Shown here piece by piece: positions 20,931 through 31,790 of a stretch of 64,000 nucleotides of DNA. Within the stretch, counting starts at the first letter, position 1, and each line of letters begins with the position of its first letter. This DNA is from Spirochaetota bacterium (GTDB taxonomy: Bacteria; Spirochaetota; UBA4802; UBA5550), in contig CAXXHB010000003.1 in the NCBI GenBank assembly GCA_963664815.2, positions 3,136,001 through 3,200,000 of the forward strand. The letters are read 5' to 3'. Made by a program: the position numbers and the translations under genes. The notes beneath the pieces are model-generated. The model made no database searches, was not told the DNA's origin, and saw nothing but the letters and a program-made list of their open reading frames with translations.

Positions 20931-22604
20931 TTATTTTTTATCTCCAAGCTCAATGTTAATCATATCTCCCAACGTTACCCTGTTTGGGCTTGTCTGCTTC
21001 AATATCTTGGACACTTCCTCTTTTTCAGACATTATCTCATAATGCTTTATGCTGAGAGACAGTCTTTTTTTCTCAATATCTACATCAAGGACTACGGCCT
21101 CAACCGGATCACCCACCTTAAAATATTCATCAAGATTCTCTATTCTGTTTCTTGACACTTCAGATATATGAACTAATCCCTCCACATCGTCTTCAAGTTT
21201 TACAAAAATACCGAAAGCTGTTATACCTGAAATTTTCCCGCGAACCTTCGTTCTTGGGGGATATTTTTCCTTAACAGCCTCCCAAGGAGATTTCATCAGT
21301 TGTTTCATTCCGCAGGAAATTTTCATTTCCCTTTTATTGATATCAAGGATTTTTATTTCAACCTCCTGACCATTTTTAAAGTTTCTGGTAAGATCTTTTA
21401 CATTATCATCCCATGAAATATCAGAGATATGAACCAATCCATCAATACCATCTTCAAGTTCAACAAATAGTCCGAATTTGACAATTTTCTTGATTTTTTT
21501 CCTGTTAACTGCACCCACAGGGAATCTTTCATCAATAGTATCCCATGGATTAGGCATTAACTGTTTATAACCGAGATTTATCTTCTTATCTTCATGATTT
21601 ATATCAAGTATTCTGAAATCAGCTTCAGCGCCTTTTTCAAAATAATCTTTCACATTCGCATTATTCTTTATCCATGAAAGTTCTGAGTTACTGAGAAAAC
21701 CTTCAACATCTTCATCGATCTGTATAAAAGCTCCTACAGATGTAATTGTAACAACTTTCCCTTTTATTTTATCCCCGACATTGTATTTCTGAGCAATATC
21801 AAGCCATGGATCATTTTTAAGTTGTTTCAATCCCAGTGAGATTTTTCTGTCTTCTTTATTAATATTGAGAATGATAAAATCTCTGACCTCGCCCTGCCTT
21901 AAAAGTTTTCTCTGTTTAAAAACTTTCTTCCATGACATATCATTTCTATGCAGGAGAGCATCCAGTCCGCCAACTCTTATAAAAGCTCCGAACTCAACAA
22001 ATTTTAACACTTCACCCTGAACTATATCACCCTCTTTGTAATTTTGAATAAAATCATTCCAGTTCTTTTTATTCTGATCATCAAGGAAATCTTTTCTGGA
22101 AACTATTACTGATTTTTTTGAAAAATCAACCGTCTTAATTGTGAAAGTATATTCATCATCCGATTGTGAAATACCTTTCAAGTCTGCTGTCAGAGAATAA
22201 GGAAGAAACGTATTAACTCCCGAGCAGTTAACAATTTTACCTTTTGGACTAGCAGAGATAATTTTTCCTCTGATTTCACGTTTTCCGTCGTTATAAGATT
22301 GAATAAAATCCTTCCATCCCTTTTCCATCTCGGCTGCTTTTCTGGAAAAATGGTAAACGCCATCAACAAGTTTTTTATTCATGAGTTTAACATTAAAAAC
22401 CTCCCCCACTTTAGGGATGGTTTCAAACTCCTCAAGGGCAACCCGTCCATCTGATTTTGTTCCGACATTAACATAAGCAAATCCGGAATCAACTGTTACA
22501 ACTTCTCCTCTAACTATCATACCGGCTTCAAGCTCGTCAAGAGCGGAATCCGCAACCGATTCCATATCGATAGCATCGAAGTTATCATCTGTAATTGGGG
22601 TCAT
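20931..22604 (-). CDS. rpsA: 30S ribosomal protein S1
   Basis: Six S1 repeats (FGAFI, GLVHISD/E); follows cmk. Confidence 0.95.
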   Translation of the reverse strand: MTPITDDNFDAIDMESVADSALDELEAGMIVRGEVVTVDSGFAYVNVGTKSDGRVALEEFETIPKVGEVFNVKLMNKKLVDGVYHFSRKAAEMEKGWKDFIQSYNDGKREIRGKIISASPKGKIVNCSGVNTFLPYSLTADLKGISQSDDEYTFTIKTVDFSKKSVIVSRKDFLDDQNKKNWNDFIQNYKEGDIVQGEVLKFVEFGAFIRVGGLDALLHRNDMSWKKVFKQRKLLRQGEVRDFIILNINKEDRKISLGLKQLKNDPWLDIAQKYNVGDKIKGKVVTITSVGAFIQIDEDVEGFLSNSELSWIKNNANVKDYFEKGAEADFRILDINHEDKKINLGYKQLMPNPWDTIDERFPVGAVNRKKIKKIVKFGLFVELEDGIDGLVHISDISWDDNVKDLTRNFKNGQEVEIKILDINKREMKISCGMKQLMKSPWEAVKEKYPPRTKVRGKISGITAFGIFVKLEDDVEGLVHISEVSRNRIENLDEYFKVGDPVEAVVLDVDIEKKRLSLSIKHYEIMSEKEEVSKILKQTSPNRVTLGDMINIELGDKK

Positions 22605-22630
22605 ACTTGCACCTTACTTTTATATCATAT

Positions 22631-23326
22631 TCATTTAATTGACTTTATCAATTCTTTAAGCTTCACAATTACATCATCAAATGGCATATTTGAAGTATCT
22701 AAATAAACTGAATCCTCTGCCTTTTTTAAAGGTCCGAATTCCCTGCTTTCATCTTTAGAATCCCGCTGTATAATCTGATTTCTGATAGAATTTTCGTCAA
22801 CATTTTTTCCCATATCAATATATTCTTTAACCCTTCTTGCAGTTCTTACATCAACTGAAGCATCAAGATATATCTTCAAATCTGCATCCGGAAAAACAAC
22901 TGTACCGATATCCCTTCCATCCATTATTATTGAATTTTCACCCGCCCATTTCCTCAACAATGAACTCACATAATCCCTTACTTCTCTATTATCTGAAAAA
23001 ATACTTATATTCCCTGCAACTTTCTCCTCTCTTATTAACATGGAAATATCTTTTCCGTTTAATAAAGTCTTCACCTTACTGTTTGATTCAAAAACCTGTT
23101 CTATTACTACATTTTTCAATTCATTAACAGGATCAATTACCGACAGATTTTCACCATACTTATCCATAAAAAACCATGTTATAGCCCTGTAAATAGCTCC
23201 AGAATCGATATACTGTACTCCGGATTCAAGCGCTGTTTTCCGGCAGACACTGCTTTTTCCGGAACCGGCAGGCCCATCCACGGCTACTATTACTTTTCTG
23301 TTATTGTTCACTTTATTCACTATCAA
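22631..23326 (-). CDS. cmk: Cytidylate kinase
   Basis: DGPAGSGKS, DSGAIYR, DGRDIGTVVFPDA. Confidence 0.95.
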   Translation of the reverse strand: MIVNKVNNNRKVIVAVDGPAGSGKSSVCRKTALESGVQYIDSGAIYRAITWFFMDKYGENLSVIDPVNELKNVVIEQVFESNSKVKTLLNGKDISMLIREEKVAGNISIFSDNREVRDYVSSLLRKWAGENSIIMDGRDIGTVVFPDADLKIYLDASVDVRTARRVKEYIDMGKNVDENSIRNQIIQRDSKDESREFGPLKKAEDSVYLDTSNMPFDDVIVKLKELIKSIK

Positions 23327-23933
23327 TTGAAAATTCTTTTATTTCCGATAGCTTCGGAAGATCTGAAAGTTTATTAAGGCCGAAATATCGTAAAAATTCA
23401 TCAGTAGTACCATATGCAAGAGGTCTTCCCGGAAGATCTTTTCTTCCGACAGGCTTTACAAGATTGCGCTTCATAAGATTCGCAACCATCATTCTTGAAG
23501 AAGCGCCGCGTAATTCATCGACATCAGCTAGCACCAGAGGTTGTTTATAGGCGATTATCGCAAGGGTTTCGAGCATTCCCCTGGAAAGACTCTCTCTTCT
23601 TCTGAGACCAAGAGCATGCCTCAACTGCTCGGCAAACCTGGCATTAGTCACAAACTGATAACCATTGGAAAGTTCGGCAAGTCTTATCCCGCCATCTCTT
23701 TCTTCATACTCATCAACAAGCGAATCGATGATTATTTTAGCCTGAGTAGGATCTATCATAAAGTTTTTTACAAAAAAACTGATAGGTACAGGCTCATTGC
23801 TGAGGAAAAAAACCGCTTCAAAAAGACTTTTAAGATCATGTTCCCTGTCGATCTCATCTTCAACAATTTCATCTACATCATTTTCAGGTATTACTTCATT
23901 GTTGATCTGGCTGTTATTTTCTGATTCACCCAT
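23313..23933 (-). CDS. scpB: SMC-Scp complex subunit ScpB
   Basis: LETLAIIAYKQP, GRPLAYGTTDEFLRYFGL; start uncertain (23933-23969). Confidence 0.92.
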   Translation of the reverse strand: MGESENNSQINNEVIPENDVDEIVEDEIDREHDLKSLFEAVFFLSNEPVPISFFVKNFMIDPTQAKIIIDSLVDEYEERDGGIRLAELSNGYQFVTNARFAEQLRHALGLRRRESLSRGMLETLAIIAYKQPLVLADVDELRGASSRMMVANLMKRNLVKPVGRKDLPGRPLAYGTTDEFLRYFGLNKLSDLPKLSEIKEFSIDSE

Positions 23934-24135
23934 AATTAATCCGTTAGATTTATAATTATAGCTCTGCACTGAAAGACTGGTAATTTAATATGTTATTCAA
24001 TAGCCCCGAAGCCTGTTTTAATGATTTTAATATGTTTTTAATTAAAAAACATGAATACTGACACTGTTGAAGTTCATAATAGTATTGTATTAATCAATTT
24101 CAAACCGCATAATGAAATTATATACCAGTTATTAA

Positions 24136-24906
24136 TCAGCTATCAAGCCTTTCAAGAGAAAAATTACGAAGTATTCTTATATCTCCGAAAACTCTATGCT
24201 GCTGAACTTTTATCATACAGGTTTTTGACATTTCAAGAATTGCCAGAAATGAAGCTATAATTTCTGCTTTTGAAGGTTTTTTTGAAAAAATTTCATTAAA
24301 AATTATTGATTCATTTTCTTTTAATAATTCAGTAATAAACTCAATTCTGTCACTGACAAGTATTTCGTCAAATATTATTTCCTGTACATCTACAGCCGCT
24401 GTAGAGTTTAACACACTTGAGAAAGCTTTTAAAAGCTCATACAATGATACCTCAAGATATAGTTCCTCTTCACCAAGATCTTCACTTATATTATTTCTGA
24501 TAAATACATTATTCTGAACTTCATACATCTGTTTTAATTCATCAGAAACCTGTTGATATTTTTTATATTCAAGCAGTTTCTGGATAAGCTCAGGGGGAAG
24601 CGGCTGGGTAAAGTATTCATCTTCAACTTCACCTGTCGGCAACAGTACTCTGCTTTTATAATAAATAAGCTCTGAAGCCATGAGAATAAAATCAGAAGCA
24701 ACTTTTACATCCATTTCTTCCATCATTTTAAGAAAAGCGATATACTGTTCTGTAATTTGAGATATTGATATTTCAGTAATATCAATTTTTGATTTTTTTA
24801 TCAATTCCCATAAAACATCAAGAGGGCCGCTATATTTTTCAATGTTAACTATATAAGAGTTCTCCTTTTCGGATACATCAGGATTTATTATTTCATTCTC
24901 TGTCAT
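24136..24906 (-). CDS. scpA: Segregation and condensation protein ScpA
   Basis: GPLDVL, YKSRVLLP, FLAILE. Confidence 0.92.
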   Translation of the reverse strand: MTENEIINPDVSEKENSYIVNIEKYSGPLDVLWELIKKSKIDITEISISQITEQYIAFLKMMEEMDVKVASDFILMASELIYYKSRVLLPTGEVEDEYFTQPLPPELIQKLLEYKKYQQVSDELKQMYEVQNNVFIRNNISEDLGEEELYLEVSLYELLKAFSSVLNSTAAVDVQEIIFDEILVSDRIEFITELLKENESIIFNEIFSKKPSKAEIIASFLAILEMSKTCMIKVQQHRVFGDIRILRNFSLERLDS

Positions 24907-25008
24907 GATATTTTCTTGTTTTTTGTTAATTTGATAAAAATAGCCCCTTAATAAATTAAGGGGTTTGAGGGTTCTCTAATGTAAGAGAAAAACAATTACT
25001 AAACGATA

Positions 25009-25371
25009 TTAAGATAAAGCCTTTTCTGCTGCTTTCTGGAGCCTTTCCGGTGGAAATGGTTTTACAACAAAATCTTTTACTCCCAGTTTAATCGCTTTAG
25101 TAAGAAGACTTTCCTGCCCAAGAGCAGTCACCATAATTATTCTCGCAGAAGAATCTGAAGAAAGAATCTCCCCTGCCGCTTCTATACCATCTTTCTCTCT
25201 CATGGTTATATCCATCGTCACGAGATCGGGCTTGAGTTTCTTATATAATTCAACTGCCTCATTTCCGTTTTCAGCTTCACCGACTATTTCATGTCCCGCA
25301 GGAACGAGAGCGTCTTTCACAAGGGTTCTCATAAATTTTGCATCATCTACAATCAAAACTCTTGCCATCAC
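25009..25371 (-). CDS. cheY: Chemotaxis response regulator CheY
   Basis: Single REC domain (VDDAKFMR, MDITM, KPF) inside the che operon. Confidence 0.88.
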   Translation of the reverse strand: MMARVLIVDDAKFMRTLVKDALVPAGHEIVGEAENGNEAVELYKKLKPDLVTMDITMREKDGIEAAGEILSSDSSARIIMVTALGQESLLTKAIKLGVKDFVVKPFPPERLQKAAEKALS

Positions 25372-25497
25372 AATACTCCATTCTATTTTATTTAAGTATA
25401 GATATTAATAATTATTATGTCAATCTATTATAATAAAAAAATTCAATTCATAAAAACAAACATTATTTTCGCCTTTCAGGAAATCAATTACAAATTT

Positions 25498-26550
25498 TTA
25501 AATATTTTTAACAATTTTGTCCGTAATCTCTGACAGAGTAACAATTTCATTAACTGCACCTATTTCAACAGCCACCCTGTTCATTCCGTAAACAACTGAA
25601 GTTTCCTCATTCTGCGCTATTGTGTGCCCGCCCTTTTCCTTTATTTTCAGCAGACCCTCTGATCCATCCTTACCCATGCCGGTCATAATAACACCAACTG
25701 ACCTGTTCCCGGCATTTTCAGCAACCGATTTAAATAAAACATCAATTGAAGGCATATGACCAGAAACCTTTTCCCCCTTGAAAACCTTTAACTTATAATT
25801 ATCACCCTTTTTCACAACGCTCATATGAGAATGACCCGGGGCAACATATCCATGACCTGGCAGAACATCATCCCCATCTTCCGCTTCCTTGACTTCAAGA
25901 TTTGAACTGTCATTAAGCCTTTTTGAAAATGCAGTTGTGAATCCCTCAGGCATATGCTGTACAACCAGAACAGGGGAGGGGAATTTTTCAGGAAATTTTT
26001 TAAAAACATTTATTAAAGCTGAAGGTCCACCTGTTGATGTACCGATAGCCACTATTTTATCAGATACTGTTTTAAGCAGAGTCCTGGTATCTGATCCGGA
26101 AGCAGGAGATTTAACTTTTTCTTCTTCAATCCTGTTTATATTAAGCTTTGATCTGGATACAGATTTTACCTTTCTTACCAGTAATTCTCCAATCTCCTCA
26201 ACCGACATAGACATAAGAGTGGAAGGTTTTGGAATAAAATCAACAGCTCCCAGTTCAAGTGCTTTGAAAGTCGCCTCCGCGCCATGCTGAGTCAGCACGC
26301 TCATCATAATAACAGGTTTCGGCTTTGTTGACATTATCTGTTTAAGTGTTGCCAGTCCATCAAGTATAGGCATCTCAATGTCCATGGTTATTACATCAGG
26401 ATCCAGTTCCTGATTCTTAAAAAGCGCCGTTTTTCCGTTATTGGCAGTCCCGATAACTTTTATTTCAGGATCCTTTTCAAGAATATCAGTTACAATTTTC
26501 CTGACCAGCGAGGAATCGTCCACAACCAGAACCTTAATCTGCTCTGACAT
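25498..26550 (-). CDS. cheB: Chemotaxis methylesterase CheB (REC plus methylesterase)
   Basis: REC followed by GTSTGG, QHMP, TGMGKDG. Confidence 0.95.
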   Translation of the reverse strand: MSEQIKVLVVDDSSLVRKIVTDILEKDPEIKVIGTANNGKTALFKNQELDPDVITMDIEMPILDGLATLKQIMSTKPKPVIMMSVLTQHGAEATFKALELGAVDFIPKPSTLMSMSVEEIGELLVRKVKSVSRSKLNINRIEEEKVKSPASGSDTRTLLKTVSDKIVAIGTSTGGPSALINVFKKFPEKFPSPVLVVQHMPEGFTTAFSKRLNDSSNLEVKEAEDGDDVLPGHGYVAPGHSHMSVVKKGDNYKLKVFKGEKVSGHMPSIDVLFKSVAENAGNRSVGVIMTGMGKDGSEGLLKIKEKGGHTIAQNEETSVVYGMNRVAVEIGAVNEIVTLSEITDKIVKNI

Positions 26551-29500
26551 TGCTTTTAAATCCTTTTACAAGTACTTTCAAAGAATGAGTTTCCGGAAGA
26601 AGCATCAGATTGCCCATAACCTGATCATTTTCAAAATAAAATGCCGTTTCCATTACTATTGCGTAATCGTGTTCAATATTATGCATGATGAGTACTGTAT
26701 CCATAACAGACTGCAGATAGTCATGCACAAAAACCGGAACATTAGGCTTGACCACCATATTTGATTTTTCAGCATATATGTTCAGTATAGAAGCACCTAT
26801 AATATTAGTTAACTCTTTCAATGCAGATACTCCATCCTCACTCAGTTCTTTTACCCCGCTTGAATCAGTTCCATAAAGCATATCAATAAGCTCAAATCCG
26901 ATCTTTTCCTCAAGCAAGAGCAGCAATGTACCATTTATTTCACCTTCAATTCCAAGCATAACACCCATATATGGTTCATTCAGATTGCCGAAAAAGTCCG
27001 GAATTTTTTCAACCGGCGTCAATTTAACTTCGGGGATAGAAAGATCTATTCTTTTGTTCAGTATTTTTGAGATAGACTCAGCTGCATTTGCCGCCCCCAT
27101 GTTGGACAGCAGATTGAATTCGTTCAATTCGTCTTTGCTTATATCCAGCTCGGCAGTTATGTGTGAATCAGGTATTCCGGAGCGTACAACATCACTTATA
27201 TTCTGTTTAAGTTCATCTCTGAATTCCGACAGAGCATCCTTTACCTTCGATTCCACATCATTATTATCTGCTGATGGTACTTCAACCTGTTTAATCTGAT
27301 CTTCATTTTTCTTTATTTCAGTTCCGTCAGATACAGGAACGGAAGAGATACTATCAGATACAACTGCTTTCACAGCGTCCTCTTTTATTACTACTGCCTC
27401 TGTCTCAGCAGCTTCTGTTTTTTCAGTTTCATTAACCTTTTTTGATTCGCCCTCACTTATCTCATCATCAAAGAGAAAAACATCAGATATATAATTGGGG
27501 CTCCCCTCCATTTCCGATGTCCCTCCAACACCTCTGTTCTTGCCGGGTGTTCCTATATCTGAAAAAACAACTTTATCCTCTTCTTCAAAAAAACCTGATG
27601 TTTTTGTTTCAGGCTCCACTTCTTCCTCGTCCAGGTCATCCGAATCAATCATGCGTGACTTCATGATATTAAGCCGCTCTTCCTGTGTAAGCTTATCCTG
27701 TCTGGAAATAACCTTATTTATCATTGTCTGAATATCAAGAATAAGACAGATACTTCCATCTCCAAGTATCGAAGCTCCTGCAAGACCCTCAACATTAGTG
27801 TAATTATGTTCAAGGGATTTAATTACAATCTCCATTTTCCCTTCAAGGAAATCAACGATAAGACCTATTTTTCTGTTACCGTAACCGACTACAACAACCG
27901 GTATTTTCTGGCTTCCGGACAACGCACTTCTCAACCCGACAAATTCATTCAGCCTCAGCAGTGAAAGTATTTCACCTCTGAGATTTATCACTTCATGTCC
28001 TTCAATTGTTGCAATATCTGATTGTGAAATTTTAATAGTTTCAATTACATCCGACAGCGGAATGGCATATACCTCTTTTCTGACCTTTACCATTATGGCG
28101 GGAATAATAGCCAGGGTAAGAGGAAAAGTCAGAACAAATCTGGTTCCCATACTTCTCTCTGTTTCAATACTCACATTGCCATTAAGCTCATTCACTGTCT
28201 CCTTGACAACATTCATCCCTACACCACGACCGGATATATCAGTAATTTTTTTAGCCGTTGAAAAACCGGGTATAAAAATATAATTATAAATATCAGCATC
28301 ATCCATATTGGCAAGTATTTCAGCTGTAGATATTTTTTTCTCAATCACCTTTTCTTTAATAGCCTCTAAATCAAGTCCTCTCCCGTCGTCACTGATCTCG
28401 ACAAAAATCTGGTTCCCCCCCTGGTAAGCATTAAGTGTTATAGTGGCCATTTCAGATTTACCGAGTTTAGCCCTCTCTTCAGGAGATTCAATACCATGAT
28501 CAACGGCATTCCTTATCAAATGAAGGAGAGGCTCACCTATTACATCTATAACCTTTTTATCAAGTTCGGTTTCCTCCCCCTTGATTATCAGCTCAAGATT
28601 TTTATTGTGTTCCTTGGCAAGATCACGAACAAGTCTGTTGAACCTTGAGAACACCTGCCCTACAGGAACCATTCTTGTTTTCATGATCCCGGTCTGAAGA
28701 TCTTTAGCAATCCTTGACATCTGCTCCATACGGTTTTTAAATTCACTGGAAATTGCCTTATTTCCGGCATATTTCCGGATCTCCTCATAAAGCCTGTAGA
28801 ATCCGGAGTTAGCAATAACAAGCTCACCGACATTATTAAGGAGAAGATCAAGCTTATCGACTGAAACTTTAACAGTCTTGAGCATTGGTGTCTTTCTCCT
28901 TTCCTGATCTACATGTTTTTCGCCTTTTCTTCTTTCAAATATATCTTCATCCGGTTCATCTGTATCAGATGTGAATTCTGATAAAAAATCACTGGTATAG
29001 GTTTTATCCTCAGTTTTTGCGTCTACGCTGCTTATGATTTTTTCATCTCTGGTTTCTGCTGTTTCATTTATCTGTTTATTGGTTTGAAGGGTTGACCCGA
29101 TTTTAAGTAAAAGTTTATCATCTTTCTTCACTGCGGTTATGCTTCTGATATCAATTTTTTCTATCTGATCAATATCGCAGCCCCTGTATATATGCTGCAG
29201 ATTTCCGGAGGTCAGCAGTATAATCTTTATTGTGGAAATTGTTTCATCACTGCTCATATCATCCAGCGATGGTATTGTTTTTACAATATGTCCATCTTTC
29301 TCAAGATTAGCAACAATAAGCTGCCCCTTTACCCACTTCATCTGTGCAGATTCTTCAATTACAATCGTTATTTCATAACAATCAAAACCGTCAGATAACG
29401 CTTTTTTAATCTCATTATTTTCAGAAGATGAAAAGGCAGTTTTTATAGAGGTAACAACACCGGTTTTGCCACCTTGCTCTTTTTTGCCGGCTGATGCAGC

Positions 29501-29902
29501 TTCACCTTTTATCTTTGAGTTGTCATTTACTGTATTGATTCTGTCAATCAGGGGACGCAGATTCTGGTGAGGTTCAACACCGGAAGAGACAAGATCGATC
29601 ACTTCATTTATAGTATCGAAGCACTTGAATACAACATCCACAACCTCGGGAGTAATTGCATTGGTTTTATCCCTGATTCCCTGCAGCAGATTCTCCATTC
29701 TGTGTGCAAGATCGCTTAAATCATTCAATCCTACAAACGCAGCCGAACTCTTCAGCGAATGAGCAGCCCTGAAAATGTTATTAATTATCTCTTCATCATC
29801 AGGATTCTTTTCCAGCTCTAAAAGATTCTTGTTAAGCTCCTGAAGCAATTCATCAGCTTCTTCTAAAAAAATATCCTGATATTCACCGAGGGAAAAGGAC
29901 AT
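26534..29902 (-). CDS. cheA: Chemotaxis kinase CheA with acidic linker and C-terminal CheC-like phosphatase domain
   Basis: Hpt AAHSLKS, dimerisation domain, HATPase (RNAVDHG, SGRGVGM), CheW domain, then NMGAANAA...SALKELTNII. Confidence 0.93.
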   Translation of the reverse strand: MSFSLGEYQDIFLEEADELLQELNKNLLELEKNPDDEEIINNIFRAAHSLKSSAAFVGLNDLSDLAHRMENLLQGIRDKTNAITPEVVDVVFKCFDTINEVIDLVSSGVEPHQNLRPLIDRINTVNDNSKIKGEAASAGKKEQGGKTGVVTSIKTAFSSSENNEIKKALSDGFDCYEITIVIEESAQMKWVKGQLIVANLEKDGHIVKTIPSLDDMSSDETISTIKIILLTSGNLQHIYRGCDIDQIEKIDIRSITAVKKDDKLLLKIGSTLQTNKQINETAETRDEKIISSVDAKTEDKTYTSDFLSEFTSDTDEPDEDIFERRKGEKHVDQERRKTPMLKTVKVSVDKLDLLLNNVGELVIANSGFYRLYEEIRKYAGNKAISSEFKNRMEQMSRIAKDLQTGIMKTRMVPVGQVFSRFNRLVRDLAKEHNKNLELIIKGEETELDKKVIDVIGEPLLHLIRNAVDHGIESPEERAKLGKSEMATITLNAYQGGNQIFVEISDDGRGLDLEAIKEKVIEKKISTAEILANMDDADIYNYIFIPGFSTAKKITDISGRGVGMNVVKETVNELNGNVSIETERSMGTRFVLTFPLTLAIIPAIMVKVRKEVYAIPLSDVIETIKISQSDIATIEGHEVINLRGEILSLLRLNEFVGLRSALSGSQKIPVVVVGYGNRKIGLIVDFLEGKMEIVIKSLEHNYTNVEGLAGASILGDGSICLILDIQTMINKVISRQDKLTQEERLNIMKSRMIDSDDLDEEEVEPETKTSGFFEEEDKVVFSDIGTPGKNRGVGGTSEMEGSPNYISDVFLFDDEISEGESKKVNETEKTEAAETEAVVIKEDAVKAVVSDSISSVPVSDGTEIKKNEDQIKQVEVPSADNNDVESKVKDALSEFRDELKQNISDVVRSGIPDSHITAELDISKDELNEFNLLSNMGAANAAESISKILNKRIDLSIPEVKLTPVEKIPDFFGNLNEPYMGVMLGIEGEINGTLLLLLEEKIGFELIDMLYGTDSSGVKELSEDGVSALKELTNIIGASILNIYAEKSNMVVKPNVPVFVHDYLQSVMDTVLIMHNIEHDYAIVMETAFYFENDQVMGNLMLLPETHSLKVLVKGFKSNVRAD

Positions 29903-29920
29903 AATAATCTACCCCAACAT

Positions 29921-30475
29921 TTATTGATTATCTGAAGAAAAGTAAGATTGATCTTTGTCTATCTCTTTTTCTTCAAGAAATATTATATGAGACATATTCA
30001 GCAACACAATAAGTCTGTCTTTAAGTCTTCCTATACCGGAAATAAACTCTTCAGAAACGCCTACCATAAGTTCTGACGGAGGGTCAACATTTACGACTGG
30101 AATTCTTACAACCTGGTAAACATTATCTACAAGCAAACCGACATGTTTACCACCTGTTTCAACTACAATTATCCTTGTCAGATCAGTAATCTTACCTTTG
30201 GGGAATCCGAATCGAATTCTAACATCAACTACAGGTATTACATTTCCCCTGAGATTAATAACTCCCTTTATAAAATTCGGAGTATTAGGTAGCCTCGTTA
30301 ATTCGGGATACCTGAGTATTTCATGAACAGCAAGAATATCAACACCATATTCTACTTCATCGAGCATAAAGCTGACAAGCTGTATCACTTCTCCATCTGC
30401 AACATCTTCCGTCACTGAATTGGCATTTGCCGCTTTTTCGCCTTTGGTTGACTGCAATAATTTATTAATATCCAT
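29921..30475 (-). CDS. cheW: Chemotaxis adaptor CheW
   Basis: GVINLRGNVIPVVD. Confidence 0.95.
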   Translation of the reverse strand: MDINKLLQSTKGEKAANANSVTEDVADGEVIQLVSFMLDEVEYGVDILAVHEILRYPELTRLPNTPNFIKGVINLRGNVIPVVDVRIRFGFPKGKITDLTRIIVVETGGKHVGLLVDNVYQVVRIPVVNVDPPSELMVGVSEEFISGIGRLKDRLIVLLNMSHIIFLEEKEIDKDQSYFSSDNQ

Positions 30476-30713
30476 TTAACTTACCTGCGAATCAAATCTA
30501 TTAAACTGCTTATCTGTAAAATCAAGTAATAAAATCATCTATAATAAGCCATATTAAATACATAATTAAATACATAATAATAATTCAATTAAAATAATTA
30601 CTATCAGTTACTTTTTATTAAAGATCAGGATGTCAAACATCGAGCCCAGGGAAATAAAAAACTCTATTTTAACAGATATATCCGTCAGATCCTCTTTAAA
30701 AAAAACAAAACAA

Positions 30714-31040
30714 TCAGGAATCAGACCTTAGCTCACCAGTACCAGGAAAAATATCACCTATCAACCCTTCCTCAAGAAGAGATATTATCTCCTTAGTCTT
30801 ATCTTCAATGGCTCCCTCAATTCCGTTACTGATTTTTTTAACCTGAAAATATTCATCAGCAATATTCAAAGAAGCAAGTATGGCAAGCTGAAGAGGATTC
30901 CCTCCGGGAACATTATTCCCTATCTCCTCAATTTTCTGATTTACATAATCGGCCAGCTGAATAATATACTCTGGAGAAGTATCTCCTTTTATATTGTATG
31001 TCTGCCCAAGAATGTTTACCTTTACTTTGCCTGTTTCCAT
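30714..31040 (-). CDS. zapA: Cell division protein ZapA
   Basis: VNILGQTY...LADYVN...AILASLNIADE. Confidence 0.88.
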   Translation of the reverse strand: METGKVKVNILGQTYNIKGDTSPEYIIQLADYVNQKIEEIGNNVPGGNPLQLAILASLNIADEYFQVKKISNGIEGAIEDKTKEIISLLEEGLIGDIFPGTGELRSDS

Positions 31041-31052
31041 GGTGCACCTGAA

Positions 31053-31790
31053 TTATTTTTCGTCATCTTCTATAATAATAATATCATCATCTTCGAATTC
31101 AGCTTTTTTTGAAGGTTTTTTTACATCATCATCAATAATAATATCGCTGCTGTCAACATCTTCAATGATAATTTCATCTTCATCATCAAGAAGAATTATT
31201 TCGTCATCATCCACTATTGATGTTTTTGCCTTTGTCTGTTTCTTCTCCAGAATTTCGTCTTCGTCATCAATTATTATTATATCATCATCCTCTTCAATGG
31301 CATGGCTCTCTGAAGGTTCAACAGACTCAACTTTTAATTCATCATCAATTGCATGAGCCGCCACCTTATCTTCAACTATAACAACATTTTCAGATTCAAC
31401 TATAAGATCTCTGTCATCCGGAGTAATGGATGGTGAGACTCCGGAAGGCTTCTCTGTTACGACTTCAGGTGATTTCGCTGATGTGGGCTGGACAGACACC
31501 CCACCCTGAAGAATATCGAGTTTGCCTAGAAGTCCTATTATTTTCTTTTCAAGTATCTCCTCTTTTTCTGTAAGCTCTTTGAGCTCAAGAGTTGTAGCAT
31601 CGAGTTCTTTTTTTATTTTTTCAATCTCCTGCTCTTTCTCCTCCAGTGTCAGCTTTACTTCTTCAACCTCTCCTTTCAGAGATTCATTCTCATTTTCAAG
31701 CTTGGAATTTTCAGTTCTTAAATCTCCAATAAGGTGTAACGCTTTTATTACCCGGCTTTCGAGTTCTTCAAGCTGCTGCATAGTAATCAT
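31053..31790 (-). CDS. ZapB-like coiled-coil protein with acidic DDDIII-repeat tail
   Basis: LEELESRVIKAL..I..LR.EN coiled coil, directly upstream of zapA. Confidence 0.65.
   Translation of the reverse strand: MITMQQLEELESRVIKALHLIGDLRTENSKLENENESLKGEVEEVKLTLEEKEQEIEKIKKELDATTLELKELTEKEEILEKKIIGLLGKLDILQGGVSVQPTSAKSPEVVTEKPSGVSPSITPDDRDLIVESENVVIVEDKVAAHAIDDELKVESVEPSESHAIEEDDDIIIIDDEDEILEKKQTKAKTSIVDDDEIILLDDEDEIIIEDVDSSDIIIDDDVKKPSKKAEFEDDDIIIIEDDEK

Noticed and set aside
30620-30695. Hairpin downstream of zapA considered as 6S RNA (ssrS often follows zapA)
   Set aside because: Only about 75 nt of pairing is visible, too short for 6S, and no central bubble could be verified; needs an Rfam scan
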